This document shows, piece after piece, positions 35,435 to 44,665 of a stretch of DNA of 64,000 nucleotides. This DNA comes from an uncultured Pseudomonadales bacterium (GTDB lineage Bacteria > Patescibacteriota > Microgenomatia > UBA1400 > PJMF01). How positions within the stretch are numbered: the stretch's first letter is position 1; each line of letters begins with the position of its first letter. The position numbers were made by a program, and so were the translations under genes. A model generated the notes under the pieces. It was not told the DNA's origin. It did not search any database and was given only the letters and a program-made list of their open reading frames with translations. Where the stretch lies: the NCBI GenBank assembly GCA_964633875.1, contig CAZWKL010000002.1:23338-87337 (forward strand), read 5' to 3'.

Positions 35435-35505
35435 AGGGCCGTAGTTCAACGGTAGAATAGAGGTCTCCAAAACCTTTGATGGGGGTTCGATTCCCTCCGG
35501 CCCTG
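35435..35505 (+). tRNA. tRNA-Trp (anticodon CCA)
   Basis: agggccgtagttcaacggtagaatagaggtctccaaaacctttgatgggggttcgattccctccggccctg. Anticodon loop CUCCAAA. Coordinates +/-1. Confidence 0.88.
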
Positions 35506-35522
35506 CAGAATCACTGTGCGCA

Positions 35523-36362
35523 TCACCGTCTTTCACTTTGTTTATTTCTGAGTATAAAAAGCAACACTCCAGTCAGTGTAGTAGTTAGTAAATAGAGAGC
35601 AGCCAGATTTTTAAATCTTACTTTGGCATTTTCAATTGCTTCCTGATCCAGAGTGACGGTGTTGACTTCGTCGCTGTGGCCCGAAAAAGCAACCTGGGCC
35701 CTGGCAATTACAGTGTTAATGTTGGCAGTTGTTTGCAGTGCATCCACCAAGCCTTGAACAGACGTCGCCTCAGCAGGAATTGTTGGAAGATTGTGGATCA
35801 AAGCTACCCCGGATCTTCCCACTCGGGTCCCAAGAAATTGGAGAGCGCCAGTGCCACTTTCTGGTACAACATTTCCACTTGATTCAACCTTAGCTCTCAG
35901 CAAGCTGCTGAGCGGATTGGTCAGGGCAGTAGTAGTGGCTGTTGCCAGCCAGAAGTTGTCGTTAGTCAGCGCGGCTCGGTACATTGCCAGCCAAGCACTA
36001 ATTGCCTCCTGGACGCGATCGGCAAGGGTGTCGATAAGTTGGCCGGTTTTTGCATCATGAGCTTCGGGATTATTAGCTTGTATATGCCTGGCCAGCATGC
36101 CATCCAGCGCATCAGTGCTATTGGCCAGGAGCATCGCTAACACCAACTTGTGGGAGGCTTTCCAGTCTAATTCGCCTTGTTTCTCAAGATAGCCGGTTAG
36201 CAGAGAAATTCCGGTTACAGCCAAAGTGCCGCTGGCAGTAAGATGATTTGGTCTAAGCCAGGGCAGTGTTTCAGACAGCCGGGCAACAAACGGTTCAAGT
36301 TTGGCAACATGTTCTCTGAGAGAAGAGTTTCGCGGAGTTGGCGAGCGTTCTGCTGTTGACAT
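35523..36362 (-). CDS. CDP-alcohol phosphatidyltransferase family protein
   Basis: DALDGMLARHIQANNPEAHDAKTGQLIDTLADR matches D-G-x2-A-R...G-x3-D-x3-D. There is a C-terminal TM. Confidence 0.75.
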   Translation of the reverse strand: MSTAERSPTPRNSSLREHVAKLEPFVARLSETLPWLRPNHLTASGTLAVTGISLLTGYLEKQGELDWKASHKLVLAMLLANSTDALDGMLARHIQANNPEAHDAKTGQLIDTLADRVQEAISAWLAMYRAALTNDNFWLATATTTALTNPLSSLLRAKVESSGNVVPESGTGALQFLGTRVGRSGVALIHNLPTIPAEATSVQGLVDALQTTANINTVIARAQVAFSGHSDEVNTVTLDQEAIENAKVRFKNLAALYLLTTTLTGVLLFILRNKQSERR

Positions 36363-36497
36363 AGTTGGAGTTTTAACTTTGAGTATTATAACCTACGGCT
36401 AAAAAGGAAAAACTACAGTTATTGCAAACATTGACGAGTATCTTAAGAACTTATGAGGTTAGTTTCTAGAGGTTATTTTGTTTAGCTTAATTTTGTA

Positions 36498-36525
36498 TTG
36501 ACAAAAGATGTACAAATGTTAGAAT
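36498..36525 (+). promoter_or_regulatory. Near-consensus sigma70 promoter TTGACA-N16-TAGAAT placing the transcription start at or next to the brnT ATG (leaderless)
   Basis: -35 at 36498..36503, -10 at 36520..36525, ATG at 36532. Confidence 0.55.
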
Positions 36526-36531
36526 TTTAAT

Positions 36532-36819
36532 ATGGCTTTTAACATTAAATTCAACGAAGAAAAGAATCAAGTGTTAAGAGCAACTCGAGGAATAGGGTTT
36601 AATGATGTGCTGATCTCGATTGCCGATAAAAAATTATTGGCTAATATAAAACACCCAAATTCCCGCCGGCCTAATCAAAGAATGTATGTAATCGAAATTA
36701 ATGGTTACGCATATGCGGTTCCCTATGTAGTAGATATGAAGAAAAGTGAGATTTTTCTAAAAACTCTTTATCCCAGCCGAGTTTTAACCAAGAAATACTT
36801 AAAAAAGGAGGACAAATGA
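36532..36819 (+). CDS. brnT: BrnT-family (DUF497) RelE-fold toxin
   Basis: MAFNIKFNEEKNQVLRATRGIGFNDVLISIADKKLLANIKHPNSRRPNQRMYVIEINGYAYAVPYVV. Confidence 0.75.
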   Translation: MAFNIKFNEEKNQVLRATRGIGFNDVLISIADKKLLANIKHPNSRRPNQRMYVIEINGYAYAVPYVVDMKKSEIFLKTLYPSRVLTKKYLKKEDK

Positions 36820-37118
36820 GCAAACAAAGAAAAGACCCATTCGCTAATTTAATTTTAGACCAAGAAGAGCAATTACTGGAAGAAGCTCTTGAAAGAGGAG
36901 AATACGAAGAGGATCCTCAATTTGAAGAAACTAAAAAAATGCTTGAAGAAGCTGCCGCTCGTTATTTGGAGCTGAACACTACCAAGCCTATCACTATTAG
37001 AATTAAGCAACTGGACTTGATTCGGATTAAAGCTAAAGCAGCAGCCAAAAATATGCCCTATCAAACCTTGATCAGCTCTCTAATTCATCAATATGCTAAG
37101 AGCCAGTCTACTCGCTAA
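36816..37118 (+). CDS. brnA: BrnA-family antitoxin
   Basis: ITIRIKQLDLIRIKAKAAAKNMPYQTLISSLIHQYA. ATGA overlap with brnT. Confidence 0.7.
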   Translation: MSKQRKDPFANLILDQEEQLLEEALERGEYEEDPQFEETKKMLEEAAARYLELNTTKPITIRIKQLDLIRIKAKAAAKNMPYQTLISSLIHQYAKSQSTR

Positions 37119-39459
37119 TCCCGAGCAAATTTTCTGGCGCCTTAATCACCACAGGAATATCTCTAAACTCCTCAGGTTCGTGACCGCGTGAGAAAGTAAC
37201 ATTGCGGTTGCAGTGCGGATTATCAGCGTGATGCGCTTGATTGATGGCAGCTAAGCTCAGTCCACCGCTTGCTTGTGCAAATTCACGCACCCAGTTTTCG
37301 AGCGCTTGGCCCAAACCCATCCGGTGAACCATCTCCTGAAAAGCTTCATCAGCCGCGTCGGAAAAATTTCCCGGCGCACCATCCGGTTTTAGCGGTACGT
37401 GTTTCAGATGTGGTCTTTGGCGGGCAGGATAAGTCCCTTCAGAGTCTGCAGATTTCAACCAGTCAACCTCAGGTATTTCTCCTGTGCAAGAATTGGCAAA
37501 AAGTTCCAGCGCGATTTTTTCAAAAACAATTTTTATATCCGGAGGAAGTCCAGCTGTTTCCTCAAGGAAAACAACGTTGGCAATGGTAGCAGGAAAGGTC
37601 AGATGGAGTTTGATTTGTGGCTGTTCCAGATCAGGAAATGTATCTGGCCGGTTGACTAAATTAAAAGTAATCAAAAAACCTCCCTGCTGATGATAACGCA
37701 GCTGGGCGGAAGCAATTAATCCGGGTATTTGCGGGTGATCATCCAAATAATACAGATCTCCCGCTTCGGTCAGGCCTTGTTTAAATGACCGCACTATTAA
37801 TCGTCGCAATTGAGCATTCTCTTTGAGTAGATCAAGACCTCGGTTTCTAATTTCTTCCGGCAGCGAATAATCAATCAGTGCCTCCAGCGGTGTTTTTGGC
37901 TGAAAATCCCTATTGGTAAGATAGAGCAGCACTCCCGGATAGTCTTGGATAGTAAACAAAAGCTCTGTACTTTCCATCAGCTCTCTGCGTTTAAAGTTCA
38001 TTTTCTCGTCTTGTGTCAACAGGTTTTCGGCAAAACGAGCCACTTCTTGAGGAGAATTGAGAATGCCTACTTGTTCATCTACGATGAGGTAGCCACTCAA
38101 TCCTCTGATGGCAAAGGAGTGAATGTGCCAGCGGCGGCCGGTAGCTTCTTCCTTTTCTACTTTTTCGCGATTAACTGTTTTGCGGATCATGTCAACAAAG
38201 ACGCCGGAACGCACCAGTTTTCTAAGCGGTTTCAATTCTTCAGGAAATTCCAGGCTGTATTTGTAAGGAAATTCACCAACAATGCTCCAATCTATAGGCG
38301 CCATGAACAGAGTCGATGCGGGGGTTTCAGCACTTTGCTGCAGCCGCCCTTCACCGTCAGGCGTTTTAGCCAGATGCTTGCCTTTTTGGTAATTAAAAAT
38401 GTTTTGCAATCTTTCTGAATATGAACCTGATCCAATTGCCACTCTCATCAGTGCGGGCGGGACTGGCTGTTTACTTTGTTTTCTGATCTGGTTCGCGCTG
38501 AGATTATGGCTTTCTTGAATTTCTGAATTATTCGCTTGTGCCTGCAAGTTATGTTTAAGCAAAGCCAGTATTTCTGGTACTTTTTCTGGTCCAGTGGCCA
38601 ACTCGGGATAAGCTTTAATAATTGAAGCAATAAAGGAAAGTTGCAGTAGATAAGGATCGTAGGCGCGGTTGTTTTTGTTAAATTGCTCCTGTTTGCTGGT
38701 GATCTCAGCCATTAAACTCAAAGCCATATTGGTGTAGGTAGCTATAACATACAGGTCTTCCATTTTTGGGTGAGCGGTATAAGTACCGAGGAACAAGCTT
38801 AGCCAGGGCAGAGAACCAACTGGCGCAACTTTGTTATACTTACCAGTGGAAAGATCAACCGCTGCTTCCGCAAGCGACAAATCATCAAGATTCTCAGCAG
38901 CCAAATAGACAAGTTTTTCAACAGTGACCAAAGCTCTGTGCCAATATTGCTGATCTTGGTCGTTAAAGCGTTTGTCTATCAGGCCGTTTAAGATCAATTC
39001 AGAGGTTTCTTTAAGATTTTTGCCAATTTTATCTGCGGAAAAATGATCAAGTTTGTTGAGAGCTCGCAAAAATGTTTCCAACTCACGCTCATCCCACACA
39101 TGATCGGAGAGTTGTTTCCAGTCATAACCGCGTAGTTGTTTGTTGAGATTTTTTAAAAATGCACTCAGAACTTTGAGTTGCTCAGAGTTGTCCGAGTTTT
39201 TGGCAATAAAAGCGGCATTTTCCACGGCCGAGATGAATTGAAGCAACGCGGCTGGGGAGGATGTGATGCGCTCAATTATTTCTTTGCTGGCGCTATCAAT
39301 ATCTTGAAAAGATTCTGGTAGTCTTGGCAATGGGGTTTCAGTCTCATCAGGGACTGGTTGTTCCGGTGAATCACTAATTGGTTGTTGCTCGGCCGCATTG
39401 CCCAGAGAGGGAAGGGCAGTTGATTGTTCAGACGGATCAGTTTCAATTGAGTTGATCAT
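37108..39459 (-). CDS. Large cytoplasmic protein of unknown function (783 aa), co-oriented directly downstream of the nucleotidyltransferase gene
   Basis: No signal peptide or TM. No motif I can assign. Contains RRWHIH (an Rx4H, HEPN-like spacing) and a His-rich C-terminal segment HHADNPHCNRNVTFSRGHE. 66-nt gap to the upstream NTase gene. Confidence 0.8.
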   Translation of the reverse strand: MINSIETDPSEQSTALPSLGNAAEQQPISDSPEQPVPDETETPLPRLPESFQDIDSASKEIIERITSSPAALLQFISAVENAAFIAKNSDNSEQLKVLSAFLKNLNKQLRGYDWKQLSDHVWDERELETFLRALNKLDHFSADKIGKNLKETSELILNGLIDKRFNDQDQQYWHRALVTVEKLVYLAAENLDDLSLAEAAVDLSTGKYNKVAPVGSLPWLSLFLGTYTAHPKMEDLYVIATYTNMALSLMAEITSKQEQFNKNNRAYDPYLLQLSFIASIIKAYPELATGPEKVPEILALLKHNLQAQANNSEIQESHNLSANQIRKQSKQPVPPALMRVAIGSGSYSERLQNIFNYQKGKHLAKTPDGEGRLQQSAETPASTLFMAPIDWSIVGEFPYKYSLEFPEELKPLRKLVRSGVFVDMIRKTVNREKVEKEEATGRRWHIHSFAIRGLSGYLIVDEQVGILNSPQEVARFAENLLTQDEKMNFKRRELMESTELLFTIQDYPGVLLYLTNRDFQPKTPLEALIDYSLPEEIRNRGLDLLKENAQLRRLIVRSFKQGLTEAGDLYYLDDHPQIPGLIASAQLRYHQQGGFLITFNLVNRPDTFPDLEQPQIKLHLTFPATIANVVFLEETAGLPPDIKIVFEKIALELFANSCTGEIPEVDWLKSADSEGTYPARQRPHLKHVPLKPDGAPGNFSDAADEAFQEMVHRMGLGQALENWVREFAQASGGLSLAAINQAHHADNPHCNRNVTFSRGHEPEEFRDIPVVIKAPENLLGISE

Positions 39460-39525
39460 CTTGGGTGTATTATACCTTAAGGTAGAGCGGGCGTATAAAG
39501 AAATGAGGATTGGTTTTTCTCCTCC

Positions 39526-40353
39526 TCACCGAAAAAGCCTGATCAGTCCATACAAAAACCCGCCGCTGGCAGAGATTCTGCCGTTCAATTTGTAATCAAG
39601 CAGCCAATACAACTGCAGCAGCCGGACCACGTAAGGATGGGTTTTGCTCATGCTGCTAATCATCTCGATGACTTGCTTCCTCGACTCGTCACTCATCAAT
39701 TCCTCAGGATGTTCCTGGAGAAAGGCAAAAAACTCTGCCAGTTTTTTCCTATCTTTAGGTTTTTCACAACCGTTGCGCAAAAAATAGCGCCAGTAAGTCC
39801 ACTCGCCGGAAAAAGTTGGCACCCGGCAGCCGCCGTAATCGCGCCAGTAAATCTCAAAAATATCTGCCGGTACCTCCTGAATCACGCTCCTGAACAAAAG
39901 ATAGTACATTTGGTCATCTTTGATAATTTGTGAAAAAAACTGAAACAGCGATCCCAACTTTTTTTCAAAAAGAATCGGATCGAGGGTGACTTCGGGGAAA
40001 TTTTTCTTATTTTTGGCGGCTTTGGTAATTGCCGCGGCGGCTGCGTTAATAGTTTTTTCGTTTGGGCCGAGAGCGATAAAATCCAAGTCCGGTATTGAGC
40101 CGTTGTCGCGGCGGGCATAAAGTGGTTGGCCTTGGATAGCCTTGAGCGCGTGGCCGCCCACCAGCACCGCTGCCACGCCGTGTTGGTTGAGAATGTCCAG
40201 GACTGTGTGCAAATGCTCGGCGTATTCTTGTTCTTCCGGAGTGGGTTTTTCCGGCTGGCGATGGTCGGCTTCTGTGGTCTCAGGAGGCGCAATGGCCTCG
40301 ACAACCTCAGCGATCTTGACAGGGTGGGTAAGTTCAACAGTCATTTGCCCCAC
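39526..40353 (-). CDS. Pol-beta superfamily nucleotidyltransferase (AbiEii/ANT(2'')-like minimal NTase)
   Basis: LDILNQHGVAAVLVGGHALKAIQGQPLYARRDNGSIPDLDFIALGP, i.e. GG-x-A-L ... S-x-P-D-L-D-F. This is the GS/GG...[DE]x[DE] NTase signature in AbiEii-like spacing. The N-terminal ~45 aa are acidic and Pro-rich. Confidence 0.6.
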   Translation of the reverse strand: MGQMTVELTHPVKIAEVVEAIAPPETTEADHRQPEKPTPEEQEYAEHLHTVLDILNQHGVAAVLVGGHALKAIQGQPLYARRDNGSIPDLDFIALGPNEKTINAAAAAITKAAKNKKNFPEVTLDPILFEKKLGSLFQFFSQIIKDDQMYYLLFRSVIQEVPADIFEIYWRDYGGCRVPTFSGEWTYWRYFLRNGCEKPKDRKKLAEFFAFLQEHPEELMSDESRKQVIEMISSMSKTHPYVVRLLQLYWLLDYKLNGRISASGGFLYGLIRLFR

Positions 40354-40442
40354 TATTATATAGCAGCCACGAAATAAGTAATTTTTTGGTGTACACTATC
40401 TTCAATTAGCTGCTATTAATTATCAAATCGGGAGCAAGCAAA

Positions 40443-41414
40443 ATGAAAAAAATTCTCGTCACTGGCGCGTTTGGACAAATCGGCACGGAGTTGGTGCCAT
40501 CACTGCAAGCAAAATACGGCCGCGAAAACGTCATTGCCATGGGCAACCGCAATCTTCCCGAAGATTTTGACGGCGTGGTGGAGGCGCTGGAGTTGCCCAA
40601 CTACGAAGGCCTCAAAGCTCTGATTGAAAAACACGACGTGGGCACCATTTACCACATGGTGTCCTTGTTATCGGCAAAAGGCGAAATAAACCCGGATTTG
40701 ACCTGGGATATCAATGTTAATTCGCTCAAGGATGTGCTTGATTTGGCCAAAGAATATCAACTTAAGGTTTTTTGGCCGAGTTCAATTGCTGCTTTTGGCC
40801 CAACCACGCCCAAGGACCAAACGCCGCAACGCACGGTTTTGGAACCAACCACCATGTACGGTGTCACCAAAGTTACCGGCGAAAATCTTTGCCACTATTA
40901 TTACTTGAAATATGATGTTGATGTCCGCAGTGTTCGCTACCCCGGGCTGATTAGCTGGAAAGCCGAGCCCGGTGGTGGCACTTCAGATTACGCTGTCGCC
41001 ATCTTTTACGACGGTCTCCAACATGGCAAATACACCTGTTTTGTCGGGCCGGAAACCACGCTGCCGATGATGTATATGGATGACGCGGTTAAAGGCACCA
41101 TTGACCTAATGGAAGCCGACCCGGCCAAACTGACAGTTCGCCACAGCTATAATTTGGCTGCTTTTAGCTTTACCGCTGCCGAGTTGGCGGCTGAAATCAA
41201 CCGGCACCTGCCGGTAGCGGTAGATTACCAACCAGACCATCGCCAGCAGATTGCCGATTCTTGGCCGAACTCGATTGATGATTCGGTGGCGCGTGCGGAT
41301 TGGGGTTGGCAGCATCAGTTTGGTTTGGGTGAAATGACGACTGAAATGATTGCCAAACTGAAAGACAAATTTCAAGCTGAAGGGAAACTGAAAAAGGAGG
41401 CCGCCAATGCCTAA
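40443..41414 (+). CDS. tdh: NAD-dependent epimerase/dehydratase-family L-threonine 3-dehydrogenase
   Basis: MKKILVTGAFGQIGTELV (Rossmann fold). YGVTK (YxxxK). Overlaps kbl in an operon. Confidence 0.8.
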   Translation: MKKILVTGAFGQIGTELVPSLQAKYGRENVIAMGNRNLPEDFDGVVEALELPNYEGLKALIEKHDVGTIYHMVSLLSAKGEINPDLTWDINVNSLKDVLDLAKEYQLKVFWPSSIAAFGPTTPKDQTPQRTVLEPTTMYGVTKVTGENLCHYYYLKYDVDVRSVRYPGLISWKAEPGGGTSDYAVAIFYDGLQHGKYTCFVGPETTLPMMYMDDAVKGTIDLMEADPAKLTVRHSYNLAAFSFTAAELAAEINRHLPVAVDYQPDHRQQIADSWPNSIDDSVARADWGWQHQFGLGEMTTEMIAKLKDKFQAEGKLKKEAANA

Positions 41415-42657
41415 AGCCAATTTTTACAGCCTGCTGCAACAGGAAGTGGAGCGCTTGGATGAAGCTAAAACCAGCAAGCGCTCGGAAAAAATTATCGAGA
41501 GTTTTACCAACGATCCGGCTCCCAAAGCGATTATCAACAACCAAGAGTACCGGATTTTTAATTCCAACGATTATTTGGGATTGCGCTTTCATCCCGCCCT
41601 CAAAAAGGCCGAACATGAAGCTTCTGAAAAATTCGGCTCCGGCCCGGGAGCGGTGCGGTTTATCTCCGGTACCCTTAAAGTTCATCAGCAGCTAGAAGCA
41701 GCACTGGCACGATTCCACCAACGCCAAGCCGCCATGGTTTTTTCGTCCGCTTTTGCTGCCAACATGGCGGTTTTGTTCGCGCTCATTACCGGCCAAAGCA
41801 AGGGGACGGTGGTGCACAATGATGTTTTGGTGATTTCTGACGAACTCAATCACCGCAGCATTATTGACGGCATCAGAGTGGCCAATCATCCCAAAGAAAT
41901 GAGAAAAATTTTTAAGCATCTGGACGCGCCAGACCTGGCGGCTCAGTTGCAAAGCGGCCTTGGCCAGCACAAAAGGGCGCTGGTAGTGACGGATGGGATT
42001 TTTAGTATGCTGGGCGAGTATCAGGATTTAAGCAAAATTCGCCAGGTCATTGACGAATATGATCAAAAATATGAAGACGGCGTTTTGTTAATTGTAGATG
42101 ATGCTCATGGCATCGGCGCTTTTGGCGCCACCGGGCGAGGAACCGAAGAAGCCAGCGGCGCTCAGGCCGATGTTTTGGTTGGCACGCTCGGCAAAGCTCT
42201 GGGAGCCGATGGCGGCTATGTGGTAGCCGACCAAGTAGTCATTGATTATCTCAAAGAATCAGCCGCCACTTACATTTATTCCAACTCAATTTCGCCTGGA
42301 ACCGCTGGTGCAGCTTTGGCAGCAGTCGAGTTGTTGGAGAGCAAGGAAGGACTTAAGATTCTGGAAAAATCCAAACAAAATGTTGAGCTTTTCAAAAAAT
42401 TGATGCAAACAACTGGTTACGAATTTGCGGCGACATCAATCCATCCCATTCAACCGATTTTGATTGGCGATCCCAAAAAAGCCAGCGAACTGACCCGCTT
42501 TTTGTTTGATCAGGGCATTTTAGTAACGACCATCAGCTATCCGGTAGTGCCCCAAGGCAGAGATGAAATCCGGGTGCAAATCAGCGCCGCCCACACCGAG
42601 GAAGACATTGAAAGTTTTGTTGAAACCATCAAAAAATCATCAACAATGAGTAAATAA
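41407..42657 (+). CDS. kbl: 2-amino-3-ketobutyrate CoA ligase (glycine C-acetyltransferase), PLP-dependent
   Basis: NSNDYLGL and the PLP-Lys motif VGTLGKALG. 416 aa. Confidence 0.9.
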   Translation: MPKANFYSLLQQEVERLDEAKTSKRSEKIIESFTNDPAPKAIINNQEYRIFNSNDYLGLRFHPALKKAEHEASEKFGSGPGAVRFISGTLKVHQQLEAALARFHQRQAAMVFSSAFAANMAVLFALITGQSKGTVVHNDVLVISDELNHRSIIDGIRVANHPKEMRKIFKHLDAPDLAAQLQSGLGQHKRALVVTDGIFSMLGEYQDLSKIRQVIDEYDQKYEDGVLLIVDDAHGIGAFGATGRGTEEASGAQADVLVGTLGKALGADGGYVVADQVVIDYLKESAATYIYSNSISPGTAGAALAAVELLESKEGLKILEKSKQNVELFKKLMQTTGYEFAATSIHPIQPILIGDPKKASELTRFLFDQGILVTTISYPVVPQGRDEIRVQISAAHTEEDIESFVETIKKSSTMSK

Positions 42658-42659
42658 AT

Positions 42660-43013
42660 CTAGACTTGATCAGCGGTATAAACCACCCCAATAGCTTTCC
42701 TGACGGCGTAGAAAATCAAGGCGTAAATGAGCATTGCCACTAGGATTGACCAATCAATAACGACATTGCCGGCACTGGCTGAAGGAAAAATAAAGCGGAA
42801 GGGCAGCATGAGAATTTCCGCTGCGTCATCCACAAATCTTACAAATCCGGCTGTTTGATTGGCTGCCGTTGCCTGAAAAATAAAACTAAGCAACAAAAAA
42901 CCTTCTATCAGAAACAGAAAAAAGTCCATAATTCTGTGGGCTAGTAGATATGGTTTGGCCTCATTATCAACCACTGCCTGACGAGTTTCTCTGACAATAG
43001 TGTGTTCTTGCAT
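42660..43013 (-). CDS. YggT-like small integral membrane protein
   Basis: Two TM segments and an NVVIDWSILVAMLI motif resembling YggT IDFSP. Confidence 0.5.
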   Translation of the reverse strand: MQEHTIVRETRQAVVDNEAKPYLLAHRIMDFFLFLIEGFLLLSFIFQATAANQTAGFVRFVDDAAEILMLPFRFIFPSASAGNVVIDWSILVAMLIYALIFYAVRKAIGVVYTADQV

Positions 43014-43159
43014 AAATCCTTTCTGAAAAGTGTTTGAAAGAAAGTGTAAAGAACTTATATAAGAATTGAGTAGATTGTAGGTTACAATTTGATTTGATTA
43101 AGGTTTTTGCTGAACATCAACCACAATACCCCAAATCTCCATACTGAAAAAACACGGAA

Positions 43160-43603
43160 TTATCCGAGCAAACTGGCAATTTCCTCAGGCAGCATTTCTT
43201 TGATCTGTTGGCGAATTTCCTGAGGAACTGAGTCTAAAACTGTAGTAAGAGTTTTAGACACCAATTCTTCAAATTCTTCTGCTGTGACTGTTACCGGAGG
43301 GAATTTTTTTTGCGCGTGGTCAAGAAATTGTGACCGGTTGTATTTTAGAGGAACGCTATTGGGATCCCAACCTTCATAGTAAAAACCTCTCACCAACATC
43401 GGTAATTCCGAACCCAAGTGTACCGCCTGATGTACCGGCAGCCTGTCCCTCAAAGCCTGGAGGCTAGACCGCAGTAAGTCATACGATTGCTGACGGCGAT
43501 TTTTCCATCCCAATTTATTTTCCAGGGAGTTGAGCAGTTCGTTGGTTTCGCGTATGGTGTGGTCAAAACTATCTAACCCGGTGTTAGATCTCTGCGTTAG
43601 CAT
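43160..43603 (-). CDS. DUF2267-like protein
   Basis: SLQALRDRLPVHQAVHLGSELPMLVRGFYYEGWDP is a pattern recalled from the DUF2267 family. Confidence 0.5.
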   Translation of the reverse strand: MLTQRSNTGLDSFDHTIRETNELLNSLENKLGWKNRRQQSYDLLRSSLQALRDRLPVHQAVHLGSELPMLVRGFYYEGWDPNSVPLKYNRSQFLDHAQKKFPPVTVTAEEFEELVSKTLTTVLDSVPQEIRQQIKEMLPEEIASLLG

Positions 43604-43692
43604 AAACGAAAGTATAGGATTTTATTGTGAGGGAGTGGGCAGAAGAAATTGAGAAGTTGGTAAGAAAATTGTTAAAGTGAGTTTAAGTTCAG

Positions 43693-44523
43693 CTAAAAAT
43701 TTTCTTCTAAGAAATCTAAGATGCCATAAGCTAGCGCTCTGGCAGGAATTTCCGGTTGATCAACAATAATTTTTCTATCACTAGCGTTGGTTAAAAAGCC
43801 GGTTTCCAAGAGCGCGCCCGGAGTTCTGGATGAAATGGCGTGCTCATATTTGTGATAAGCAAAAGAGTAGTGGTGAGTCATGTTTCTGGTGATGTTGTTG
43901 TTGTCTCGACGCATGCCGGTTTCTTTCTCGTAAGCCTGATCGAGAGCAGCTGCCAGTTTATTCGCCAAGCCTGTTCTATCTTTGGCAGATGAAGCCACCT
44001 TAAAACCGTTAGCTTTGGGATTTTTGTCACTGCCGTCAGTGTGGACAGAAACATAGGCATTGGCTTTATATCCCGGCGGAATGACTGCTGGCAAAATGTC
44101 GACAACCACGCCTTGTTTTTCCAAAATATCCCGAGCGCGGACTGCAATCGCTCCCGCTACCTCTTTTTCCCACTTGCCGGCCGCATAGGCGCCGGTATTG
44201 CCTTTAAGCCATTCAAGTTCAGCTGGCGGATTTTCATTTTCAAAATGCCCAACCTGAATACCGACGCGCAAGTTTTTGTTGGTAAAACTGGGGAGATCCC
44301 TGGTCGATGTACTCTGAGGAATTGCCGCCGCCGCCTCGTCCACCAGCGGCTCATTAAAAATTTGTTGTTGGATCATTCTGGTAATGGGATTCGTTTTTGT
44401 TGGTGCTAAAGGAGCAGTACTTGCTGGTGGAGCAGTGATAGCTATGCCCAACGCCAAAATTAAACCAACAAAGCTGTTATGCAGCGTCATTGACGCAGGT
44501 CTTTGGGCAGATTTTTTTAGCAT
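43693..44523 (-). CDS. N-acetylmuramoyl-L-alanine amidase (Amidase_3 family), secreted
   Basis: Signal peptide. VSVHTDGSDKNPKANGFKV. PGALLETGFLTNASDRKII. Confidence 0.8.
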   Translation of the reverse strand: MLKKSAQRPASMTLHNSFVGLILALGIAITAPPASTAPLAPTKTNPITRMIQQQIFNEPLVDEAAAAIPQSTSTRDLPSFTNKNLRVGIQVGHFENENPPAELEWLKGNTGAYAAGKWEKEVAGAIAVRARDILEKQGVVVDILPAVIPPGYKANAYVSVHTDGSDKNPKANGFKVASSAKDRTGLANKLAAALDQAYEKETGMRRDNNNITRNMTHHYSFAYHKYEHAISSRTPGALLETGFLTNASDRKIIVDQPEIPARALAYGILDFLEENF

Positions 44524-44665
44524 GAAGGGTGAATATTAATACACGGGTAAGCATCGTGCAAGGGCAAAACAAAAGCAAAAGCAATCACTCGAGATAAAAA
44601 ACGAGCATAAACAACAACCTTCACTTTAGCTTGAAATATAGGCCTAAATTAGCAGTTGGCAGACC

